Below are positions 34,719-43,594 of a stretch of DNA of 43,594 nt, in pieces (positions within the stretch are counted from its first letter, which is position 1; each line of letters begins with the position of its first letter). A program made the position numbers and the translations under genes. This DNA comes from a bacterium. GTDB lineage: Bacteria; Patescibacteriota; Patescibacteriia; JAACEG01. Location of the stretch: positions 1 to 43,594 of the forward strand of contig DAOWHA010000002.1 of NCBI GenBank assembly GCA_030641665.1, written 5' to 3'. The notes beneath the pieces are model-generated. The model did no database searches. It was not told the DNA's origin and saw only the letters and a program-made list of their open reading frames with translations.

Positions 34719-35927
34719 TTAAAAATCTAAATATTTTTTTCCTTTTAATTCGTCTGGAAAATATTCTTGCTCCTCTTTATAATTAAAATCAGGAGAATAT
34801 TTGTAATCCTTGCCATAACCTAAATTTTTCATCAATTTTGTCGGCGCGTTCTTAATATGAATCGGAACGGGAAGCCCGCCGTATTTTTTTACATCATCGG
34901 TTGCTTTTTGGTACGCTTGATAAAGTTCGGCGCTCTTTTTGCTTTTTGCCAAATATACAACCGCTTGCGCGAGATTAACCGAGCATTCTGGCATTCCGAT
35001 AAAATGGCAGGCTTGGTAAACGGCTACGGCTTGATTAAGTGCGAGCGAATTTGCGATTCCGATATCCTCCGAGGCAAACCGAACTAATCGGCGCGCGATA
35101 TAGAGCGGATCTTCTCCGCATTCCAGCATTCTTGCCAGCCAATACAGCGCCGCATCCGCGTCGCTGCCGCGCATTGATTTATGCAGAGCGGAAATAATAT
35201 TATAATGCTCTTCTCCGTTTTTGTCATAATTGATAAATTTTTGCAGCGCTTCTTTTATTATTTCATTGTCTATCTTTGTTGACATTTTAACAGAAAACTC
35301 TAAAGCGTTTAAAGCGGTTCGCGCGTCTCCGCCAGACATTTCAGCAAGAAATTTTAAGCATCCTTTTTCAATTTTTATTTTTAATTTTCCCAAACCGCCG
35401 ACTTCATTTTTTAAAGCGATTTTTAAAATTTCTTCTATATTCCCTGCTGTTAATTTTTCTAAAACAAAAACTCGGCATCGCGACAGCAAAGCGTTGTTAA
35501 TTTCAAAACTCGGATTTTCCGTTGTAGCGCCGATTAAAATAATTGTTCCGTTTTCCACATACGGAAGCAAAATATCCTGCTGGGATTTATTAAAGCGGTG
35601 TATCTCGTCAATGAATAAAATTGTTTTTTGGCTGTCGTATTTTCTTTCTTCAGCATTTTTTATCTCTTTTCTTAAATCCTTTACGCCGCTTGAAGTCGCG
35701 CTTAATTTTATAAATTTTCCTTTTGTAATTTTGGCGATTATGGAAGCCAAGGTTGTTTTCCCTGATCCTGGCGGTCCCCAAAAAATCATTGATGGGACAG
35801 AGTCGGATTCAATTGTTTTCCTTAAAATCTTCCCTTTCCGCAAAAGTTTTTCCTGCCCGACAAAACCGGCAAGCGTTTTAGGTCGCATCCTGTCCGCCAG
35901 CGGAATATTGTAATGTTGGTATTTCAT
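34719..35927 (-). CDS. rarA: Replication-associated recombination protein A (MgsA/RarA)
   Basis: PLADRMRP, WGPPGSGKTT, FIDEIHRFNK, ISALHKSMRGSD, ASEDIG. Confidence 0.95.
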   Translation of the reverse strand: MKYQHYNIPLADRMRPKTLAGFVGQEKLLRKGKILRKTIESDSVPSMIFWGPPGSGKTTLASIIAKITKGKFIKLSATSSGVKDLRKEIKNAEERKYDSQKTILFIDEIHRFNKSQQDILLPYVENGTIILIGATTENPSFEINNALLSRCRVFVLEKLTAGNIEEILKIALKNEVGGLGKLKIKIEKGCLKFLAEMSGGDARTALNALEFSVKMSTKIDNEIIKEALQKFINYDKNGEEHYNIISALHKSMRGSDADAALYWLARMLECGEDPLYIARRLVRFASEDIGIANSLALNQAVAVYQACHFIGMPECSVNLAQAVVYLAKSKKSAELYQAYQKATDDVKKYGGLPVPIHIKNAPTKLMKNLGYGKDYKYSPDFNYKEEQEYFPDELKGKKYLDF

Positions 35928-35930
35928 TTA

Positions 35931-36515
35931 TTAAAATTTTAACGCGTTAATTCCCATATCTTTTAACGCGCAATAAATCTTACTAATCGGCAAGCCAATT
36001 ATAGAATAAAAATCTCCGTTAACACTTTTAATTAAGACAGCTGCTTTGTCTTGCAGTCCATAGCCGCCAGCCTTATCTGAAAATTCGCCCGTATCAAGAT
36101 AATCCTCTATCTCTCCGTTGTTTAAGTTTCTAAATTTAACTTTTGCTTCGCCAAAATCATTAATGATTATTTTATTTTTTGTATTAATAATAGCAAAACC
36201 GCTTATGGCTTTATGCTCTTTTCCTGAAAACTCTTGCAATATTTTTTTTGCTTCCTTCCTATTTTTAGGTTTGCCGATAAATTTATTTTTATAAATTATA
36301 AAAGAATCAGCGCCTATAATAATAGCATCTCTATAATAATTCGCCACTTCTTCTGCTTTTTTTAATGCTAAAAATTTTGCTAATTCGTATGGATTGCTGC
36401 GCGCGCGCATATCTTCTTCATATTTACTCTCTCTAATTTCAAAACGCAAGCCCATCTGTTTTAATAACTGTTTTCGCCTAAACGATTTTGACGCTAAAAT
36501 TATTTTTTGCCGCAT
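35931..36515 (-). CDS. maf: Maf nucleoside triphosphate pyrophosphatase
   Basis: ILASKSFRRKQLL, IIGADS, DKAGGYGLQ, IIGLP. Confidence 0.93.
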   Translation of the reverse strand: MRQKIILASKSFRRKQLLKQMGLRFEIRESKYEEDMRARSNPYELAKFLALKKAEEVANYYRDAIIIGADSFIIYKNKFIGKPKNRKEAKKILQEFSGKEHKAISGFAIINTKNKIIINDFGEAKVKFRNLNNGEIEDYLDTGEFSDKAGGYGLQDKAAVLIKSVNGDFYSIIGLPISKIYCALKDMGINALKF

Positions 36516-36580
36516 ATTATATTATTTTATCTTTATATTTATATACTATTATATCAACAAATAAATGTAAAGATAATGTA

Positions 36581-36866
36581 TTAGTCCGCCTCATATTTAT
36601 ATCCGCTGTCCTTGTGCGTCTTCCGCCAAAGATATAAAATTGATTGTTTGGCTCCAAAAGCGTCTTTTGTCGCTTTAAAGCCGTATTTTCTCCAAAATTG
36701 GAGGATTTTCAATCTTTGTTTTGCCTATTTTGTGATCATATTATTAGGATTAAAATGTTTTAATCCGTAATTATATACAATTTTGCAAAACCGTTGCAAT
36801 GCTTATATTTGAATCCTATTTGCATATAATTCCGTCTATTTGTATTCCAATATGTGAGTGAACTTA
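36581..36866 (-). pseudogene. Transposase 5' remnant (probably IS481/IS3-like HTH) with one element end
   Basis: Decayed frame MQIGFKYKHCNGFAKLY/NYGLKHFNPNNMITK*AKQRLKILQFWRKYGFKATKDAFGAKQSILYLWRK with a 2-nt insertion and in-frame TAG at 36725-27; end-like TGTATTCCAATATGTGAGTGAACTTA at 36841-66. Family assignment is from recall. Confidence 0.55.
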
Positions 36867-36874
36867 TTCAGCGC

Positions 36875-36902
36875 TTGCATTTTTTTTATATGCGTGTATA
36901 AT
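36875..36902 (+). promoter_or_regulatory. Promoter of secE-nusG-rplK
   Basis: TTGCAT-16-TATAAT with an extended TG. Confidence 0.65.
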
Positions 36903-36951
36903 AGAAATAAATTATTAAAGGACCGAAAGGTCTTTTTTTAGATAACTTAAT

Positions 36952-37152
36952 ATGAATATTAAAAATAACAGATTGATAAATTATTTCTTGGAAGCGAAAG
37001 AGGAAATTAAAAAAGTTACATGGCTGCCCATGGATAAAACAATGAAACTTACGGTTGTTGTTATTTTAGCAAGTTTGGCAACAGCGGTATTTTTAGGATT
37101 GGTAGATTTTTCACTTTTTAAATTTATTGAAAAGTTAATAACAATATTTTAA
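36952..37152 (+). CDS. secE: Preprotein translocase SecE
   Basis: EEIKKVTW motif, one TM helix, upstream of nusG. Confidence 0.92.
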   Translation: MNIKNNRLINYFLEAKEEIKKVTWLPMDKTMKLTVVVILASLATAVFLGLVDFSLFKFIEKLITIF

Positions 37153-37155
37153 ATT

Positions 37156-37698
37156 ATGCCTAAGCAAATCTCACAAGGCAAACGATGGTATGTGGTTCAC
37201 ACTTATTCAGGATACGAAGAAAATGTTGCCAATAATTTAAAACAGCGAATTGAATCTTTGGGAATGGAAGATAAGATTTTCAATATCTTAATTCCGACTG
37301 AAAAAAAAATTAAGATAAAAAACGGAAAAAGGAAAACAATAACTGAAAAAATTTTTCCAGGATATGTTTTAGTGGAAATGGTTGTAACTGACGAATCTTG
37401 GTATGTTGTGAGGAATACTCCAAATATAACAGGATTTATCGGATCAGGAACAACTCCAGTGCCGCTATCGGAAACGGAAATCAAAGGTCTTCAAAAAAGA
37501 ATGGGCGTGGAGGAGCCAAAATTCAAAATTGATTTTATTGCGAACGATCCTGTTAAAATAATTGACGGTCCGTTTAAAAATTTTGAAGGCAAAATTTCGG
37601 AAATTGATGAAAAACGCGGAAAAATCAAAGTTTTAGTCTCAATGTTCGGTCGCGAAACGCCAGTAGAATTAGACTCGCTGCAAGCTAAAAAATTATAA
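37156..37698 (+). CDS. nusG: Transcription termination/antitermination factor NusG
   Basis: [37 protein letters not shown]. Confidence 0.97.
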   Translation: MPKQISQGKRWYVVHTYSGYEENVANNLKQRIESLGMEDKIFNILIPTEKKIKIKNGKRKTITEKIFPGYVLVEMVVTDESWYVVRNTPNITGFIGSGTTPVPLSETEIKGLQKRMGVEEPKFKIDFIANDPVKIIDGPFKNFEGKISEIDEKRGKIKVLVSMFGRETPVELDSLQAKKL

Positions 37699-37712
37699 TA
37701 ACTAAACAAAAT

Positions 37713-38135
37713 ATGGCTAAAAAAGTAAAAACAATTATAAAACTGCAAATTCCAGCCGGACAAGCAAATCCGGCTCCGCCTATCGGTCCTGCTTTAGGGC
37801 AGCACGGCTTGAATATTTCCGAATTTTGCCAAAAATTCAATGCCGCGACTCAGGGAAAAAGCGGAGACATAACACCATGCGAAATTACAGTCTATGAAGA
37901 CAGGAGTTATGATTTTATTCTGAAAACTCCGCCAGCAGCGGAACTGTTAAAAAAAGCCGCTGGAATTAAAAAAGGTTCTGGCAAGGCGCTGGTTGATAAG
38001 GTCGGAAAAGTAAGCAATGATCAAATCAGGAAGATCGCCGAAACTAAAATGCCTGACTTGAACGCAAACGACATTGACGCCGCGATGAATATTATTAAAG
38101 GAACCGCGAGGCAGATGGGAATAGAGGTTGAGTAG
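37713..38135 (+). CDS. rplK: 50S ribosomal protein L11
   Basis: [34 protein letters not shown]. Confidence 0.98.
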   Translation: MAKKVKTIIKLQIPAGQANPAPPIGPALGQHGLNISEFCQKFNAATQGKSGDITPCEITVYEDRSYDFILKTPPAAELLKKAAGIKKGSGKALVDKVGKVSNDQIRKIAETKMPDLNANDIDAAMNIIKGTARQMGIEVE

Positions 38136-38194
38136 AAAATCTAAAAATTTAATTAAAAATTTTAAATAAAATAATCAAATAAGGGGGATGTAAA

Positions 38195-38413
38195 ATGTCA
38201 ATAAAAACAAAGGCAAGAATAATTATTATATTTTCTTTCTTAATAGGAACTTTTTCAATTTTTAATTATTTTTTCCCAATAAATTCTATAATAAAATATG
38301 TTGGGAATCGGGAACTTTTACTTCCAATCGCTTTGATATTCTTTTTCGTTTCTACTATGTTTGTAGTAGTATGGAAATTAGACTACGGGGATTATCCATG
38401 GTCATGCTTATAA
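38195..38413 (+). CDS. Small two-TM hypothetical protein between rplK and rplA
   Basis: AAGGGGG upstream; two hydrophobic helices; followed by a GGGGCGAAAT/ATTTCGCCCC hairpin. Confidence 0.5.
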   Translation: MSIKTKARIIIIFSFLIGTFSIFNYFFPINSIIKYVGNRELLLPIALIFFFVSTMFVVVWKLDYGDYPWSCL

Positions 38414-38493
38414 AAAAGCAGGGGCGAAATTGATAAATTTAAAAATTGATTTCGCCCCGCAACTATTTTTAATTATTGCATTTTATATAATTT

Positions 38494-38713
38494 GTGGGAG
38501 GTGAATTAATTCGTAATTACAAAATGTCTTTACGAGGAGCTGAACGAGCGTAGCAAGTGAGATGCGACGAAATAATCTCGTTAATAACGCAAAAATTATA
38601 ATCATAGATTTGTTCACTCAGTAATGAGATTGCTTCGCTCCGTTGCACTCCGCTCGCAAAGACAACTGGACTTAGCATTTAGTAATTCGTAATTAATTCA
38701 TCGCTCGCACCAC
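38494..38713 (+). promoter_or_regulatory. Ribosomal protein L1-binding leader with an expanded stem
   Basis: GUGG-GAG-[GUGAAUUAAU...AUUAAUUCAU]-CG-CUCGC-A-CCAC ending 9 nt before rplA; matches the known L1 operator layout. Confidence 0.6.
38526..38663. repeat. Palindromic REP/RPE-like element, copy G
   Basis: GTCTTTACGAGGAG...GCTCGCAAAGAC; close to copy F. Confidence 0.9.
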
Positions 38714-38722
38714 GAAAAAAAT

Positions 38723-39403
38723 ATGACGAAAAAAAAAGAAAAAGTTAAATTAGAGTTTGATAAAACAAAAACTTATCCGATAGAAGAAGCAATTAAATTA
38801 ATGAAAAAAACTTCTAAAGTCAAATTTGACGCTTCAGTGGAAATTCATTTTCGCTTAGGAATTGATCCTAAAAAAAATGATCAGCAAATTCGCTCAACCG
38901 TTGTCTTGCCGCACAGTTCAGGCAAAAAGAAAATAATCGCTGCTTTTGTTTTGCCAGATCAAGAAAAAGAAGCAAAAGACGCCGGAGCGGAAATAGTGGG
39001 CGGAGAAGAACTGATCAAAAAAATCAAGGACACAAAAAAGATAGATTTTGAAATTGCCGTCGCAACCCCCAAGATGATGAAATTATTAGCGCCAATAGCG
39101 AAAATTTTAGGTCCGCGCGGACTAATGCCTTCACCGAAAAACGAAACAATCGCGACGGATTTAAAAAAGACGATTAGCGAACTGCGAAAAGGGAAAATCG
39201 CTTTTAAAAACGATGATACTGGAAATATCCATCAGGTAATAGGAAAAATTTCAAATAACGAAAAAGATCTTGCTGAAAATTATCAAACATTTTTAGACGC
39301 TTTAAATAAAGCAAAATCTCCAGCGACAAAAGGAGACTATATTAAAAATATAACGATCTGTTCATCTATGGGTCCGGGAATAAAAGTTGAAATACAAAAA
39401 TAA
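38723..39403 (+). CDS. rplA: 50S ribosomal protein L1
   Basis: KFDASVE, LGIDP, ILGPRGLMPSPK, SSMGPG. Confidence 0.98.
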   Translation: MTKKKEKVKLEFDKTKTYPIEEAIKLMKKTSKVKFDASVEIHFRLGIDPKKNDQQIRSTVVLPHSSGKKKIIAAFVLPDQEKEAKDAGAEIVGGEELIKKIKDTKKIDFEIAVATPKMMKLLAPIAKILGPRGLMPSPKNETIATDLKKTISELRKGKIAFKNDDTGNIHQVIGKISNNEKDLAENYQTFLDALNKAKSPATKGDYIKNITICSSMGPGIKVEIQK

Positions 39404-39418
39404 AAAGTATTAAAATGA

Positions 39419-39445
39419 AAAAAGCGGCATTAAACCGCTTTTTTT
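39419..39445 (+). terminator. Intrinsic terminator after rplA
   Basis: AAAAAGCGG-cattaaa-CCGCTTTTTTT. Confidence 0.75.
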
Positions 39446-39494
39446 GATGTTGAATTTTTAACCGCTTATGCTACAATAAAAATATTACATTTAA

Positions 39495-41552
<2,058 letters not shown>

Positions 41553-41556
41553 ATTT

Positions 41557-42558
41557 ATGATAAAAAAAATAATCTTTGCAATTTTGGCAATTATAATACT
41601 CTCTTGGGCTTATTTTGCCTACACTGTTTTTATTCCTTATAAAAATTTTACGCCGCGAACAATAGAGATAATTAAAGGCCAAGGGGTTAACGAGATAAGC
41701 GCTAATTTAAAAAAACAAAAAATTATCAGCAGTGATTTTATTTTAAAAATTTATTTATGGTTGTCAAAAAATGAAGGAAAAATAAAAGCAGGGACATACG
41801 ATTTTAAAAAACCTATAAGTATTAAAGAATTGTCAACAATTTTAATTTCTGGAATTAAGCAAAAAAATGAAATGGAAATCAAAATCATTGAAGGGTGGAA
41901 TATTGCTGGAATTGCGAATTATTTAGATAATAATGATATTGTTTTAAAAAACGACTTTATCGCTTCTGCGCAAAACAACGAACATTTAACGGAAAAATTC
42001 AATTTTTTTAAAAACACGCCAACAAATATCAGTTTGGAAGGCTATCTGTTTCCAGACACTTACAAAATTTTTAAAAACGCGGACGCGGACGATATAATTA
42101 AAAAAATGCTGGATAATTTTGACAAAAAACTTACTGAAAAAATGCGAACTGATATTACAGAACAAAAAAAGACGATTTATAAAATTATTACGATGGCGTC
42201 AATTATTGAAAAAGAGGTTAGGGGCGAAGAAGATATGAAAATCGTTTCGGGAATTTTTTGGGACAGAATAAAAAATGGACAGCCGCTGCAGTCCTGCGCC
42301 ACTATCGGTTATATTCTTGGCGAAAATAAAAAACAATATTCCTTTGAAGACACTCTAATTGATTCGCCTTATAATACTTATCTGAACGCGGGCTTGCCTC
42401 CCGGTCCGATCTGTAATCCAGGACTGCGCGCGATTAACGCAGCTATCTATCCGCAATTCACGGATTACAATTATTTTTTATCAAAGCCGAACGGAGAAAC
42501 CGTCTTTTCAAAAACCTACACTGAGCACAATCTAAACAAATCAAAATACCTGCGCTAG
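41557..42558 (+). CDS. mltG: Endolytic transglycosylase MltG
   Basis: LEGYLFPDTY, MASIIEKE, SPYNTY..GLPPGPICNPG. Confidence 0.93.
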   Translation: MIKKIIFAILAIIILSWAYFAYTVFIPYKNFTPRTIEIIKGQGVNEISANLKKQKIISSDFILKIYLWLSKNEGKIKAGTYDFKKPISIKELSTILISGIKQKNEMEIKIIEGWNIAGIANYLDNNDIVLKNDFIASAQNNEHLTEKFNFFKNTPTNISLEGYLFPDTYKIFKNADADDIIKKMLDNFDKKLTEKMRTDITEQKKTIYKIITMASIIEKEVRGEEDMKIVSGIFWDRIKNGQPLQSCATIGYILGENKKQYSFEDTLIDSPYNTYLNAGLPPGPICNPGLRAINAAIYPQFTDYNYFLSKPNGETVFSKTYTEHNLNKSKYLR

Positions 42559-42569
42559 CAGGTATTTTA

Positions 42570-42992
42570 TTATCCGACAAAAAATTTTATAACTAGCGTG
42601 ATAATCGTTCCGAATAGCATTCCGCCGATAACCTCTTTTGGCTTATGCCCTACTCTTGTGTTTAAAATAGGAATATTTATATCTATCTTTTCCGCTATCT
42701 TTTTAATAACTTTTGAATGACGCGAAATTTCCTGCCGCGCGCCTAATGCGTCTCTTGCTACCACTATCATAAAAATCAGCCAAATCGCAAAATAGGTTGA
42801 GTCAATCCCCTCTTTTAAAAAAATCAAGATTCCAATAGACGAAACAAAAGCAGTATGCCCTGACGGCATTCCTCCATATTTTCCAAAAATATTAATTAAA
42901 TTTAAATTGTATTTAATTCCATCGGTTGCCAGTTTTAATATCTGCGCCAAGATAACAACTATGATTGGAATTATAATTAATTCATAAGGCAT
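42570..42992 (-). CDS. Divergent PAP2 family (DUF212) membrane protein
   Basis: GGMPSGHTA, VARDALGAR, RVGHKPKEVIGG. Confidence 0.88.
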   Translation of the reverse strand: MPYELIIIPIIVVILAQILKLATDGIKYNLNLINIFGKYGGMPSGHTAFVSSIGILIFLKEGIDSTYFAIWLIFMIVVARDALGARQEISRHSKVIKKIAEKIDINIPILNTRVGHKPKEVIGGMLFGTIITLVIKFFVG

Positions 42993-42995
42993 AAG

Positions 42996-43594
42996 TTATA
43001 TTTTAAGATGATGATGAATTTGCGTATTATGGCTAACAGGAATATAATTAACTTTGCGGATACATATTATAGAAATAATCAAAACAGCCATAGAAATTAA
43101 GCAGAGTAACATATTTTGATTTATAAAATCTGTATTTGCGGCTTGCAGTTGAGCGTATTCGCCAGCTATCTTCGGATATTGAATGCCGCTGTTAGTCTGC
43201 GGCTGATCAATCAATAAGCTGGCTGCTTTGTATGGCGCGCGATTTTCAACAGCCGCTAAAACTATTTTATCAATTCTATTGTTCTTCTTTTGAAAATAAA
43301 GCAAGTTGACATTTTTATAATTCAAGCAATTTGGCAGAACCGCAATTTTCTCTTCACTGTCTTTTTTTATTATATCATTAAAATTAAGCGTTGTTAATTG
43401 CGGCGCGATATTTTTCTGTCTCCCAAACATTTGAACTGTAATAATAGTCGGCTGATTTTTAAATATTGCCTCTTTTGACACGATCGCTATATCCGTATAA
43501 TCTAAACTTAAAATATTTTTTCTATGGCTTTCACTGTTCATCCACGCCTCAATAACGGCTTCGGCTGTAATAAAATCCATAGCTAAATTCTCCC
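42996..43594 (-). CDS. CAP (SCP) domain protein, 5' end outside window
   Basis: (G)ENLAMDF...AWMNSESHRKNIL; C-terminal TM helix; frame open to the window edge. Confidence 0.85.
   Translation of the reverse strand, partial: ENLAMDFITAEAVIEAWMNSESHRKNILSLDYTDIAIVSKEAIFKNQPTIITVQMFGRQKNIAPQLTTLNFNDIIKKDSEEKIAVLPNCLNYKNVNLLYFQKKNNRIDKIVLAAVENRAPYKAASLLIDQPQTNSGIQYPKIAGEYAQLQAANTDFINQNMLLCLISMAVLIISIICIRKVNYIPVSHNTQIHHHLKI

Overview
AT-rich bacterial chromosome segment read in standard code 11. Gene content (S-layer-like proteins, DUF5667, four-helix-bundle protein, few Shine-Dalgarno sites) suggests Patescibacteria/Parcubacteria (CPR); this is inference from gene families, not a database result. 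Left to right: a LigB/Memo-like gene; a 5'-truncated giant surface nuclease cut by a frameshifted IS30; a cassette-like run (type II TA, TPR protein, NYN RNase, 1246-aa S-layer-like protein) whose genes end in related 3' boxes; a four-helix-bundle gene enclosed by inverted 7-mer repeat arms; DUF5667; ilvE-ilvD-iscS; tRNA-Gly/Ala; rpsA; trpF-trpB-Nudix-trpA; envelope genes; rmuC, rsmI, rpmA, tRNA-Glu; sugar-modification genes; tRNA-Ser; rarA, maf; secE-nusG-rplK-(orf)-rplA; ligA, mltG, a divergent PAP2 gene and a partial CAP gene. The most unusual signals are non-coding: (i) three tandem ~185-bp promoter/structured-RNA/terminator units antisense inside the trp locus, a fourth copy at 27.5 kb, and the same promoter type ahead of a hairpin-attenuated NYN RNase; (ii) a palindromic repeat family (7 full copies, nested sub-modules) that has entered a protein in frame and an L1-binding leader; (iii) a possible leader-peptide attenuator upstream of the ilv genes. 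No CRISPR array, reverse transcriptase or integrase is visible.
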